From Flaccisagitta enflata (taxonomy: Eukaryota): DNA of 64,000 nt. This document shows positions 48,632 through 62,450 of this stretch, piece by piece. The notes beneath the pieces were generated by a model. The model saw only the letters and a program-made list of their open reading frames with translations, was not told the DNA's origin and did no database searches. The stretch is taken from NCBI GenBank assembly GCA_965153355.1, contig OZ231126.1, forward strand, positions 38,254,001 to 38,318,000. The letters run 5' to 3'. Both the position numbers and the translations under genes were made by a program. The stretch's first letter is position 1. The number at the start of each line of letters is the position of its first letter.

Positions 48632-49780
48632 TTTTTGGGCAACGGCCCCGAAAGGAGCCGATGACCTATGCTTTCACATATGCAGGATTTTTCCTTCATC
48701 TCCTTCTCCTCCATCTCCTCCTCCGTCCCTCCCTCCCCCCCAAGGCTCAAATCCCAGCCTCGAGGCTCAATTTCCAGCCTCGAGCTCGAGAGGGTCAAAT
48801 CCCAGTCTCAAATCCCAGTTTTAAGGCTCAAATCCAAGCATTTAGGCTTCAATCCCAGCCTTGAGGCTCAAATCCCAGCATGGAGACTAAATTCCCAGCC
48901 TCAAAGCTCAAATTCCATCCTCAAAGTTAAATTCTGGTCTTGAGGGTCAAACCCCAGCATCAAGGCTCAAATCTCAGCCTCATGCCTCAAAACATACAGA
49001 GCGTTCATATTTTGAAGAAGCGGGAAGCGCCGCTTCTCGGAAGGTGAAGGAATTTGTTGGAAGATCTTGGAAGATGAAAAAGAGAAAGAAAGAGAACAAG
49101 GCCGGATACACGGCCAATACCAGTCGCGGACGGGTGGGCAGGGGCGGAAATGCGCGTTTTCACACTTTCCAACTCGATCACCACGGACCAACCAACCGAC
49201 CAACCAACCAACCGACGGACGGACAGACGGACAAAACCTCTTATAGAGTCGCTTGTCCGCGACTAAAAAGAGAAAGAAAGAGAAAAAGAGAATGAAAGAA
49301 AGAAAAAAAAAAAGAAAAAAAGAAAAAGAAGCAAAGAGAGAGGCAATGAAAGAAACAAAGAAACAAACAAAACAAGATTAATAATGCAAGGGTCTCTGGA
49401 GTACTAAGAGGTATTTTGACGGACACAAAAAAATCTGATTATTTGATTGAATCAAATCATTTTTCAAACGTTTTGCACAATCGATTCTATGTCATGGCTA
49501 ATTTGGGTGAAAAAGAGATCTTGCATGTTGTTTAGTGAACCATTTTGCAACTTTTAACTAGGAAGGGCTACCAACAGACATGAAAATCTATGTCGGAAAC
49601 TAATGAGGCAGAAATTCTGCCTCTCGGAAGGTTTACAAAATATGAACGCCTGAATTAGACCCAAGATCAGGCCTCTAAGCTCCAAAACAAGCTTCTGAAA
49701 CCTCTCAGACAATCACACACATCCACATACACACATAGGGGCAACGGGTACCGCTGACCATCTAACGCTTTTGCGACTAT
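48632..49780 (+). mobile_element. Minisatellite HINE-like element with a nested short HINE (49095-49269)
   Basis: tttttgggcaacggcccc start, ggctcaaatcccagcct array, 3' gggcaacgggtaccgctgaccatctaacgcttttgcgact. Confidence 0.65.
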
Positions 49781-50727
49781 CATTTATAAGAACGTCACTT
49801 TTTGGGCAATGTTCCTAAATTTTGGCAACTTCAAAGCTTAAACGTTTGTAAATTATTAATTTATTTAAAAACAGTTTTTTAACCTTAAATCAAAAATGTT
49901 CTTAATGGGTTTGAGTTTGTTTTCTGGGAATAAATGAAGGGAAATGTCAATCAAACTACAAAACAGCAGGTTTACACATTCTAAATGACTCAAGAATATG
50001 GAAACATTCATAATTGCCCTCATTCTTTCATGGTCTTCATCATATACTATATAGTGATAAAACATAACTAATCCACTGTTGAGTCATCGAATCGTTGGAA
50101 CTTCATTCAATAATAAAGCACGAGTTTGACGTCACTGAAATTGAGCAAACTCGTTGGGAATCATATCTAGCGCACGAGATCACGTTGTCTTCTAGAGCTA
50201 AACTTATTTTTAGATGCGTCCTCGCATCTCTATAAGAGGGTGTGTCCCTTGGTCTGAATGTCTGTCTGAATGTCCGTCCGGAACGCGAAATTTTTAAAAT
50301 GCGATTTTTAGGGTTTTCCCTTCATTTCTCTTTGTCTCTTCACGTCTCTTCTTGTCTCTTATATTTCTTATGTCTTTTTTGTCTCTTTTGTCTCTTTTGT
50401 CTCTCGTAGCTCCTATATGTCTCTTATGTCTCTTTACTCTCTTTCATCAGTTTCGTCTCTTTCGTCTCTTTCATCTCTTTTGTCCCTTTCGTCTCTTTTT
50501 CTTTTGTCTCTTTTGAGTATTTTGAAAACTACCTCAGTTCTATTTTTTGGGTCAAATTTAGATAAATCAGTACATATGAAGAGGCAGTATATCTTTGATT
50601 TCACTAGTTTCAATCAGTAAAAGCGACAACTGAAAGAACACCAGTGATAGCGGCTATCGCCGTGACGGATATTTTTCACTGAGCTCTTGTATTCAGTCAT
50701 TGCAAATATTTTTATTTGTTAGTATGA

Positions 50728-51296
50728 TTACGGCTCGTAGTTTCGACTATCTGTCCATTTATATTCTGACTGACTGACGATGGTAGACGCAAAGGAAATT
50801 AGGCGTAGATTGGAAAATGGTGTTGCGATGGTCTCGTTCTTTAGGAAAAATTTCAACAATCTGAGAGGGGGACAAAATGAAAGGGAAGTTGGGCATGAGA
50901 TATTGGTCAACCAATGCATGAAAACAACATGAGATCAGGATAGACATTGAGCAGAAACAGCCAATAACAACATGTACATCTTATGCAGAGGCCATGAAGC
51001 CAGATCAGTACACTGCCCCCGCCCTGCCCATCCACTAAATCCACCCATGTCACCCCAATAATCAGTTGACCGGACAGACGATAAAAAGGATGCAAATGCA
51101 GGACGCAGGATGCAAGATGCAGGATGCAAACGATAAAAAGATAAAAACAGACGATAAAACAATAAAAAACCAGACGACAAAAACAATGATAAAACACTAA
51201 AACACTAAAATGATAAAACTTACTTTATGCCCAATTTCCATGGTTTCCCACCGGCGTCGTTATCGTCATTAATGTCAGATGTCCGTTCATATGTCT
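50728..51296 (-). CDS. Two putative exons (51224-51296, 50728-50860), unknown product
   Basis: ttttcAG and GTAAGT boundaries, then ccccctctcAG; phase-2 join reads ...DINDDNDAGGKPWKLGI-K-LLKFFLKNETIA...NYEP*. Confidence 0.35.
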
Positions 51297-52064
51297 CTGA
51301 AAATAAAAGAGAAAATAAAAGAGATGAGAGACTTATGAAAGACATGAAAAACCCAGGGCGCACATCATAAAATCACACAAAAAGCCATACATTCCATTAC
51401 GAAGCGACGCCACGATGATATATGTATATATACGCAAAATCGACGCATAAAACATACGACGAAGAAAAAATGCAAAGAAAAACGAAAAAAAAAAGTGTCA
51501 TCCACGTATATCCAAATTGGACAAAAGAGCAGAACCATATGGGTAACCATCTGGTGCCATACAAAACAAGGCCGGATACATGGCTACCCTAGTCACGTGC
51601 GGGTGGGCAGGGGCCATGATTGAGGTCAGTGGAACATTTGGGCAGGAGCAATACGGCCAAAACCCCCATTAACCCCGAAACAGTAAAGTGTGACGGACTG
51701 ACGGATGGACCGACGGACGGACAGACCGATGGACGGACTGACAAAGTTGGTGTAGACGCGTAGCACGCTAGACTAAGTTAGTTTTATGAGAGCGGGCAAC
51801 AAAGGCGCCGAATTGGAAAGAAAGAAGAAAAGAGACATTCACTTCAAAGTTCATCAACGCTTCCATACTTATAAAAATGCACACATTTCCACAGTTAGAT
51901 TAAATCAACAGCAATTGTATGTATTGATTGCTCAGTTTACATATGCTTTTTTTCAATAGTTGTAGTACAGATGTCAAAAAAAGAAAGTTGCAATGAGGCC
52001 TTCACCGTTGGGTAAAATGTGAGTAAGTTAACAAATTTTGTTTTATAACATTCTCTATACTCAG

Positions 52065-52597
52065 CCTATTTTCTGTATCAAATGGTTGTGTCCGCCCGGC
52101 GTCACACCAAACCCTTCCGCTGAAGAAGAATCGTGGCGCCATGAGCGTCGCCGTTGTGGGGCAAGCATGACCCATTTTTGCGACACGCTTGTCATTTTGG
52201 GCGGTTACCGTTTTGAGGACTCAGGCAAGAACAGATTCCAGTTCGATACCGTGCATCAAAATGCTCTCTTCTTTGATCTCCAATCAGAGACTTGGACTCG
52301 GAAGATTGTATCAGGTTATTGCATGCCTTATATCACAGAAATCAAAATTCCTGTACATAACTTTTAATGTTTACCTAAACTAACCAATCGGTAGTATTCC
52401 TTTATGACCATTACTTTACCAGTAAAGGCGGCTAACACCGACCGGAAAAAGGTTGTAAATGGGAGTATCCTTTTTTCAGTGCATTATCTTCTGTGTATGC
52501 ATTTCTTGCTGTCTGGTTGATTGCCTGTGTGTTTTTGTCATTCAATTTGTGCTTCATTTTCCTCTCTGTCTTCCTCTGTGTGTGTGTGTGTGTGTGT

Positions 52598-52662
<65 letters not shown>

Positions 52663-52884
52663 AAAAACTTTATTTCTCCCCTATGTTTCAAAAAGTCAAA
52701 TTATGTAAATTGACATTTTTACAATAACTTCTCCTTCCTGATGCATCCATATGCATACATATTCTCAGACTCTCATGGTGTGCCTTTAAGAAAAATGACC
52801 GGAAGTGCAACTCACTTTGTAATCCAAAGAAATGAACTACGGATACTCTTCTATGGTGGAGTTGAGATGTCGGCCAATAAGGAG
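52065..52884 (+). CDS. Kelch-repeat protein fragment: exons 52065-52314 and 52769-52884
   Basis: RRCGASMTH..LVILGGY...FFDLQSETW and ..ILFYGGVE Kelch-like motifs; phase-1 GT-AG join is in frame. Confidence 0.7.
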
Positions 52885-52960
52885 GTGAGGTTACGGAACT
52901 ACTACTCGACTCATAAAAAAAGCCGCACTTTTAAATAGCAAATTGTCATACTGAATTTTA

Positions 52961-55575
52961 AAGTGAAGAATTTTTTGCGAGCAAAAATTCACATACTGCA
53001 CTGCTAAGCTCAACTTTTCGGAGTCTGTTTCTTTCTTTTATATTTAGCTGAAAGCACTCACGATTTCCACTTTCTTAATGATGACGAAGGCGAAGGTGGT
53101 GGAGGTGTGGGCTTGGTGATGGGACATTGTTCCCATCGGCGTCTTAGTCGTTGCCGGTAATCGTCGTCGTCTTCCTCCTCTTCCTCGTCCTGGATTTGCC
53201 GCATTTTGATGGCGTAACCGACGGAAACGCTCGATGCTTCCCTCATCATCTTCGGGGTATTTTTACGAGCGATTTTCACGCTAGAGAGAAAAATGTTAAA
53301 AAATTTTCATTTGATGATTTCAGCTCAGTCCACTTTTTAGTCGTGTGCACGCAACTCTATGACCCACTCTGTCAGTCCGTCGGTCGGTGCGTCGGTTAGT
53401 CCGTAACACTTTGCTTTTTTTCGTCACTCTACGTCATTCTAAGTTGATTTAAGTCATTTCTAGTCATTTCAAGTCATTTCAAGTCATTTTTAATCATTTT
53501 TTGTCATTTTGGTCATTTTTGTCGTTTTTTTTGTCATTTTTGTCCTTTTTTGTCTTAATTAGTCATCCTAAATCAGTTTAAGTCAGTTTAAGTCATCATG
53601 GGTCATTATAATGCATTTTAAGTCAAATTAACATTTTTTGTCATTTCTAGAAATTTTGTCATATTTTGTAACAGTAGGTCATTTTAAGGTATTCTTAGTC
53701 ATTTTAAGGCATTATTAGTCTTTTGAAGTCATTTCCAGTCAATTGAAGTCATTTTAAGTCATTTTGTCATTTCTTATTTTGAAACTGGTAGGTTTCCAAA
53801 CCTGAATTGAAATTGGTGGGTTTCAAAGCTGGAATTGAAACTGGTGGGTTTCAAGGCCTGAATGGAAACTGGTGGGTTTCAAAGCTTTAATTGAATGTGA
53901 TGGGTTGCAAGGCTTGAATAGAAACTGGAGGCTTTCAAAGCTTGAATAGGAACTGCACTGGAGGCTTTCAAGGCTTGAATTGAAACTGATGGGTTTAAAT
54001 ATTTATATGAAACTGGTGGCGTTTAGAGGCTTGATCTAAAACTGATGGGTTCAAAGGATTGAATTAAGACTGATGGGTTTCAAGACTTAAATTGAAGGTG
54101 GTGGGTCCAAAAGCTTGAATTGAAACGGCTTGAACTGAGACGGCTTGAACTGAGACTGGCGGATTTTAATGGCTTTAATTGAAACTAGTGGAGTCAGGCC
54201 AATGAAACTATTCATGTCCCGCACGCGACATATAGGTGTTGGCCATGTTTCTAATAAAACTATTCCATGGAAGTCAACAACAAATAAGAACACTACAGTA
54301 ACAATCGTTGCCCTAACTACTTTTAGTAAGCAGTTTGCTTTTGGGTTAGATAGAGATGGAATGTTTTTCAGATTGTTTTATGGAAAACTGGGAGTGGTGC
54401 GCGTATTAACTAGTCAGCGAGGGTTCACAACGCCCTCTGCCATTTATTTTAGTTTGGGTATAGTGAGGGATATTGTTCCACTTTTCATACTAGCAGAAAC
54501 AATGATGAAAAAAACAAAACAACAACAACAACAACAACAGCAATGAAGGCAAAAACAATGAGGTTACTAGAGCATGTATCCGTAAAATGTATCGTTGTCC
54601 TTCATAAATCCTTGGACAGGTTGAAATTTGATGAAAATTTGTCTGAAAGTGAAATGAAATGTTGGGAGGAAATCCTCATTTTCATATGCATTAGATCTGA
54701 TCGAACGAATTAAGAAGTGCAGAAAAAGACTTGACAAAACAGCTTGATGAGGTTTTTTTTTTACCTCTTGATGATTCCCAAATCCCCTACGACCGGAAGT
54801 GGAGCGTCCTGCGATTCGTAGTATAATTCCATTGTTGTTACCATACCTTAAAGGCGCAAAATGAAAGCAAAAAAAACGGATAAAAATTTAATGTAAGATG
54901 GACTTGACGGGCTTGACGCCACCTGACTACTATCTAAAAAATAGAAATGTTCCCACCTCTGAACTCAATCAATTTATTGATTCATTACCAAATACTAGTC
55001 AATGACAAATCTTTCAATTATTGGTGTGAGCTCCTTCTTGCTGAATTATGGCCGCCATTTGTCAGAGAAGCGATTTGTACAGCTTCCTGAGGCATTTTGA
55101 AGTGATGACTTACCAGGCCTCCAGACAGATGCGCCAAATTTAGGCGGTTAACACACACACATAAGAAAAAATATGAAAAACACACTTCTAGTCGGCCTAG
55201 TGTGCTGAAATTTGAACTGAAGAGTTTTCAAACCTTTGTCCTACTACAGTAAAAATTTCATCATGATCGGCCAACCAGAAGTATATCTTTATTGCTTTTA
55301 TTTCCTAAGTTTATAATCCGCGGCACATGTTTTAGGAAACTTTCAAAAGGAACAATTTCATTCAGAGTGTAATAGCTTTTAAGCCCATTGAGATAGAGAC
55401 ACGCGAATCGCACAGATCGCTTGGAAATTTGAAGGGCTTCAATTTGGTCACCGATTTTTTGTTAATCAGTTGAATTGTTTGGGTTCTATGCAATAAAACG
55501 TGCGGGAACATTTCTATTTTTTAGATAGTACAAAGAGAAATGAAGATTGTGACGATGTTAAACAACAAACACAAT

Positions 55576-55616
<41 letters not shown>

Positions 55617-55634
55617 AACAACAACAACAACAAC

Positions 55635-55667
<33 letters not shown>

Positions 55668-56798
55668 CGTCGGCGTCGCCAAAACGAAAATAAACACCAG
55701 CTAAACTTTTGCAGAATATTCCTGTGTCTAGATTGTTATACCGTTGTTAATGTTGGCAATGGAGAAAAACAAGAAAACTAAAGAAAGCAGTTAAAGATCA
55801 GAATAAAGTAATAAAACAGTGAGCATCTTGGCCGAGGCTGCGGGCTCACAAGCAAAAGGTGATTACAACCATCACCTTAAGCTTGGCTGGCTTAGACGTC
55901 CCGTCACCAACTACCCAAGATGCAAATTACAAAAATGATGAAAAATTAGTGTAGAAGAGAGAGAGAGATTAAATGAGAAGAGGGAGGAGAGAAAGGAGAA
56001 AATGGTGAGATGAACAGAGTGGAGATGAGTCTATCGGGTGCTCCGCATAGCAAAAGTTGGTTATTTGTTTCCGCCCTATTTACCTAACGTGGAGTGGCTA
56101 ATTTCAATACCCTTACCATTATTATTTCATTTAAAATCATCTTCCGCTTTTTTAGAAAATTGTTTTTGAGGACCTAATTTGCATAATGTAGTGGGATAAA
56201 ACAATATTCAGACATTGTTTGAATTAACTTTTAAATACAAATTACTTCTCTTCATAGGATTGTAATTCTGCCTTTTCATTAGCTCCTTCATAGCTTACGA
56301 GCTGATATTTTAGTTTATTTTTACAAACATCATAATTTTATAAAACAAATTATTGTCCTTCTTGTAACAAAACTACACAGGATATTTCTGAATTCTGGGA
56401 AATCTGTGATAACTTGAAAGCTAAAACAAAAACGAAAGATAAAGGAATTTTGAAAAAAGGAAAATGATAATCTTCATGATTTTTGCTCCTTCACATTACT
56501 TAAGAAGGGTGAAGGCTATGCCGGATCAACATATAGGCTAAAAAAGCTATAGCTTAGGGCCCCGCGACTCAGGGCAGGGCCCCGCACCTGAAGAAGAAAC
56601 AGCTAGAAGAAAAAGAGAAGAAGATAGAGAAGAAAGCAAGAAGAGAGAAGAAAGAGATGAAGAAAGCAAAAGAAAGCAAAAGAAAGCAAAGAAAGAAACG
56701 AAAGAAAGGCAAGAAGCAAGAAGAAAGCAGAAAAGAAAGCGAAAAAGCAAGAAAAGAAAGCCAAGAAGAAAAGCAAGAAGAAGCAAGAAAGCAGAAAA

Positions 56799-56852
<54 letters not shown>

Positions 56853-57690
56853 GATATGCTTAACGGTAGAAATGTCATATTTTGTTGTTCTGTTCTAAGT
56901 TCTTTATATATGAAAGTTGGACAACATTACTACTCAACCCTACCTTACTTAAGGATGAGAGCCTTTGGAGCACTCACTGGTGTTTAATCCGGACCCATCA
57001 CAACTATCCTTAGTAATGAAAAACAACCAAGTCTATCTTTACATTATCATAAAATTGTTAAAAAAAAACAAAAAAACAATCCAACCAAACAGAAAAAATC
57101 AATGATTTTAACCATTTTCTCAAACAATCATGTCACTTAGGCAGATGGGAAGTTACGCATGGTAGATAAAATTTCAATTGACTGGTTTTGAATTATTATG
57201 TAAACCGGGGGGAGGTTACCAGGGGGGCCAGGGGGGGCAAAGAGGAGGGGTCAGGGGGCCCCGCGCCCCTAGCCTAGCTTAGGGCCCCGCGCCTTGTTGA
57301 TCCGGCTTAGGGTGAAGGGATACTCCCAACTTTTTGCTATATGAAGCACCCAAATGAGTCTAGGTTATCACCTGGTGAGAGGAAAAATTTCTTTGGCGGT
57401 GAAACTCTGAGCGTGGCGTGATTGCCTATGACCAGCTCATCTTGAAAGGGAAGCGCGTACGTCACTCGGGCAGACGAATCTGGACGGGAAATGAACTGCT
57501 GGTATCTGCTTGTAAACGAATGATCGGACAGATGAACGGACAATCGAACTGTAGCACAGGAAGCAGCTTATGGAGTCACGAACCTTTAGGTAGAGAAATT
57601 ATACGCTAGAAGGGGGGGGGGTGTAGGCGCCGCCATGGCCTATCCGGCGGTTTTCCGTCCAGAACAACGTTAAAATGACATCGTTACATT
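52961..57690. repeat. Segmental duplication, copy 2
   Basis: Matches 40509-45410. Confidence 0.95.
53062..57548 (-). CDS. Duplicate of the partial gene: exons 57372-57548, 54765-54846, 53062-53280
   Basis: Same sequence and splice sites as copy 1. Confidence 0.55.
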
Positions 57691-59169
57691 CAAGTGAGTA
57701 AACATTTACTTGTAAAATTGGTGAGACTGATAACAATTCGTTCCGTGTACTTTGGCTTGGCGTTGATCACGATGACGTTTGGATGCACTTCAAACCGTTC
57801 TCCAGCTGAGCCAGGACGGAAAGAAAATTGAGTTTAATGAGTCTAATCTCTCTTTGTTTTCAGTCCCATTTGGCTATTTTATGATATCTGAAAATGAAGA
57901 GGGGCCTTGTCAATTGTGTTGTGGTGTAAAACATGATGAAAATGTCAAAGTTGGTTGTCGACACAGTCAAAAATGACATGTACGGGCGTTAAGCACGTCA
58001 GATATGTCAAAGTTGAATTGCCACATTGACAATGTGGCCATGAATACGGCATGATACAACATTTTAATTCCAAGCCGCACCTGTCTCTGTGGAAACCCGA
58101 TGATTAAGTTTTGAGTCGTTGGGCAATTCACGCATATCGGTCTGATGAATGACTGCCGAATGCTCTGTAAGTTAGGTAACAAACTTTGGAAAAAATTTCG
58201 AAGACGATACTGATCTTTTGTTTTCCCGTTTGGGCGAAGCTTTAATTCGAGTAGATTCGGGTTGAAATGTATCTAACACAGCTCTCACCTTGCCCTAACG
58301 ATACAGTCAGTTGTAATTACACAAACTGGCGTATAATGATATCTAGGCGGATCATCGATTTAGCTCATGTAGTAAAATCAAGCGATATTTGGAGATTCTA
58401 TCGTATTTCGTCATATCCTAACTTTCGCGATAAACTGAGATCTCCGCATATACAAATCCCGAATTTTCGATTTTTTTCTCCAAATGGATATTACGATATT
58501 AGCGATGACTTTGTCAAAAAACATCAGAGAAAACTTTGATATGATCCAAGTGGACCACGAAGAGATATAAGGCGAACGTCTGTCGTGGGTATGCATACGG
58601 CCATGAAGGTGAAGAAAGACAAGGCCGGATACACCTAACCGTAAATGATATCTAATGAAATGATAGCTCTATCAGTCCTAACCGTAGAAACATATGACAA
58701 TGGAATGAATGAATGAATGAATGAATGAATGAATGAATGAATGAATGAATGAATGAATGGGAGAGTAACATTAATTGTGAACAAGACGTGTTTCGAAGTG
58801 ATGTGAACATTTTCTGCGATTTTTCACACGAGCGTGACTGAGCAACCGACCAACCAACCGACAAGCAGAGCCTCTTATCGGGAAAAAAGTCGAAGTCAGT
58901 CTTCGACTTTTTGACCTATTCGAGAGAAACGGGGTTTTCATTTTCTTATGAGAAAGTTGAGGGTCTCCTAGGGCAGATTGGGGCCTCAAATGAAATTGAT
59001 AGGGTAAGTAAATTGGATAATTCTCTTTCATTTGGCGCCAAGCAAAATGCTCTACAACAAATACTTTTTGCGCTATGATTTTTTAGAGATTTATTTACAA
59101 AAAATTCAAATGCGATTTCTTTCGATTTTTTTTTATTTTGTGTAAGATCGATAAAGGAGTCAATTCTTG

Positions 59170-59550
59170 TTTACTTAAGCATGCAAATACAAAAAAATGT
59201 TTATGAGCACAGTTGCTCATCTGTAAGGGCGGTTTTGAGCATTTTAGCTCATTTAGCTCACTTACCTCAGTCTGTTCTTTCTGATTATAAATACAATAAA
59301 TGAATGAATATTTTCATACTTGTTTAAGCAAGCAAATAAAAAAAATATGTCAGTGAGCAGAGCTGCTCATCTGTGAGAGTTTTTTTAAGTATTCTAGCTC
59401 ATTTAGCTCATTTAGCTTGCTCTTTTACTTTGATTTGAAATAGGATAAATAAGATAATGTTTTGATTTAAGCATGCAAATACAAGAAAGCAAAGCTGGTT
59501 GTCTGGTTGAATTATTCTAAATATTTTAGCTCATCTAGCTCATTTGGCTC
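59170..59550. repeat. Degenerate ~150-bp tandem repeat
   Basis: taagcatgcaaata...tagctcatttagctca, three copies. Confidence 0.7.
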
Positions 59551-60280
59551 GGTTCCATTTTTTTCTGATTTTCAGTGCAATCAATACATACAATTGCTTT
59601 TGATTTGATCTAATAAATAAAAAAAATTCAATGACTGAAGACAAAAGCAGGGTGAAAAGTGACCAATGCTTACGACTTTTTTCCTCACGGCGACAGCCGC
59701 CATTACTGGTAGAGGTGCTATAGCGCACCTAACAAGGACGGATATACGTTAGGGGCAGCAGGGTCACAAAAAAAATCGCAGACAATTCATCAATGTTACG
59801 GACCAACAGATCTACCGGTCGACCGACGGACCTGACTAACCAACCCAGCACAGCAAGGCGTAAATATGAACACCTTATTGATTATAAAAAGTGACACAGG
59901 TCACAATATTTTTGCGGACGGGTGGGCTAACCCCTAGCCTCACCCCAACCCAAACAAACACACAATTTAACAAGGCCGGATGGACCGTCAAAGCGGGGTG
60001 TAGGGTCGCGTAGCACACGACTAAAAACTGCAGCATCGTGAATGCGCGTTTTCCGCGTTTTCAACTCGAGCGCAATGGTTTCCTGATTAGTTGCGTGTGC
60101 GCGACTTTCCACGTTACTGTGCCGGTGTGCCCTGCTGTTGTTTCGAAAGAGTAAATGTCAATGTACTAACGTCGATGACACTTGTACCTTGTTAATTTGA
60201 ATAACTTCATTCTAATAACAGGCAGTAAAGGAAGAGGCCCGAGCTTCGAAGGCATGGCGAGCAAAACAGGCTATTGTAAA

Positions 60281-60451
60281 AACAAGGCCGTATACACGGC
60301 AGCATTAGTCGCGGACAGGCGGGCAGGAGCAGAAAACCTGAGTGACTTTGTTACGGACTTTATTACGTGACTTTGTTACAGACCGACCGACTGACGGCCC
60401 GACCGACGGACCAAAAAGTGGCTTATGGAGTCGCGTGTCCGCGACTAAAAA
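60281..60451 (-). mobile_element. Short HINE-like element
   Basis: aacaaggccgtatacacggc...gagtcgcgtgtccgcgactaaaaa; relatives at 38238-38421, 49095-49269, 51565-51776. Confidence 0.8.
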
Positions 60452-61033
60452 CTGTTTGGACGGCTACGACGCGTGTCCTGGTTAGCAACTGTGACACCAA
60501 AGAGACGTGGATGGTAATCAGCGAGGGCTATTGGAGTGGATACGAAGTGTTTTCCTGTAATTATCGAAGCTAAAAGCAGCGACAAAGTTTCGACATAAGC
60601 CACACAGGACAACCACTTGACTTGGCAATTGAAATTTCCGCGGAAATAAAGCGACAATTGCGGTGATATTTCATTTCGCGTGGTGGACCCTTTTACAGTA
60701 CATTTTGAGCAAAAGATGTTAATCTGTAAGATTGTATTCGATTATTTATTTTTTTTATAAAAGGATTATTGTGTCAAAATCTATAAAGATATTTTTAACT
60801 TTCTCATGGACTATTATATTCAAAATTAAATTGTAAAATTGTTTTGTTAAGCTGTGAGATTGTATTATAAAAAATGTGATGAATAGTTTTTATTACATAT
60901 ATATATTACTGTATTAAATGAAAAGAAAATTATTGTTGATTCTTGCCAATTAATATCATGGTTAAGTATTTTAATGCAATTAGGCTTTTCATAACTTTTT
61001 GAATACTGAATACAAAATTACATAGATTAGATA

Positions 61034-61596
61034 CAGTAGATTCCCTCTTGACTTGAGATAACGGGGGCAAGTATTATGAAAAGACAAATGAAGCCAGGGG
61101 AGTGATATTTGGAATACAGACTAATAAAAGGGTGATTTATTCCCCATGATAGCTGGTTGCCAAGCAAACACATTTCTGTGTATTCTCGCAAAAATATCAA
61201 TAATTTGAGAAATATATTTAGAGAACATTGCTTAAAATCAAATTTGCAACAACTTTCCCACAGTATGCTCTTTAAGAATATCAATTGTTTGGCTGTTGTT
61301 AGAGGCCATCACACATAGTTACGCTCCCTAGCAACGGCCAATCGAGCGATATTCTTACAGAACATACTGTGGGAAAGTTGTTGCAAATTTGATTTTAGGC
61401 AATGTTCCCTGAAAAAATTTCTCAAAATACTGATATTTTTGCCAGTATACATGGAATTGTGTTTCTATAGCAACCAGCTATCATGGGTAATAAAGCATCC
61501 TTTTATTAGTGTATATCCCAAATATCACTCCTCTGGCTTCATTTGTCTTTCCATAATATTTGCCCCCATTATCTCAAGTCTAGACGGAATCTACTG
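61034..61596. mobile_element. Almost fully palindromic Tc1/pogo-type MITE
   Basis: ta|CAGTAGATTCC ... GGAATCTACTG|ta; arms ~230 bp. Confidence 0.9.
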
Positions 61597-61653
61597 TATA
61601 TAAAATGTTTCCCCTAACGCAGTTTTGCTTGAAATGTACTGTACGGACAGTAA

Positions 61654-61965
61654 GTTTGCCAGGGTGCCAAAAAAGCCAAAATTGAACTTCCCCTGGCACA
61701 AACATTCTTCCTTGCAAATTTTACTTCTAATAAGCCATCCCAGCTTAGTTAGGGTAAGGTTGAAGATTGCATTGAATTGTCATTGCAATCAATATTTTTA
61801 TCATGCAAATTTTATCTCTGTCAAAAATATCAATGGAAACTTTAGTCATCATAACGTTGGTTCCCGATTGATTTGAAAGTCGCGAAATGGCTCATTTCAA
61901 TGCATTTTTGCAACATTTTTGAAGGAGGAAATTCAATTTTGTTTTTTTTAAGCACCTTGGCAAAC
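61654..61965. mobile_element. Degenerate MITE
   Basis: gtttgccagggtgc..aaaattgaacttcc / ggaaattcaatttt..gcaccttggcaaac. Confidence 0.6.
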
Positions 61966-62021
61966 GTAATGGACAGATAGAGTTAATGACCCCTTAAAGT
62001 GAAAGAAATAGAATGCCACTG

Positions 62022-62165
62022 TTTTTAGTCGCGTGCACGCGACTCTACAACCCACTCTGTCCGTCTGTCCGTCTGTCCGTCTGTCGGTAATACTTAGCTT
62101 CACTTAGCTTTTTCGCCGCTCCTGCCCACCCGCACGCGACTTCGGCTCGTGTATACGGCCTTGTT
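62022..62165 (+). mobile_element. Minimal HINE (no tandem array)
   Basis: tttttagtcgcgtgcacgcgact...(gtcc/gtct)n...gcacgcgact...ggccttgtt. Confidence 0.85.
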
Positions 62166-62232
62166 CAATCTATGTGTTGGTACAAAAAATGTTTTAACAA
62201 TACATGTATGTAAAAAACGCGATCCATTTATG

Positions 62233-62450
62233 AAACAAGTGACGCGGGGTCACAATATCGTTGTGGACGGGTGGGTAGGGGCATCCAACCCCCATCTACA
62301 CCCCAACCCATCCCCAACACTCAAACATACACAAAAAGTATCAAAAATGCTCGTTTTCCCACTTTTCAACTTGATGACCACGGACCAATGGACGGACGGA
62401 TGGACGGAAGGACAAAGCCTCTTATAGAGTTGCGTGTCCGCAACTAAAAA
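62233..62450 (-). mobile_element. Short HINE-like element
   Basis: Close copy of 18659-18853. Confidence 0.85.

Noticed and set aside
61310-61350. RFX half-site and CCAAT-like motif in a MITE loop
   Set aside because: Short motifs expected by chance; no linked gene start
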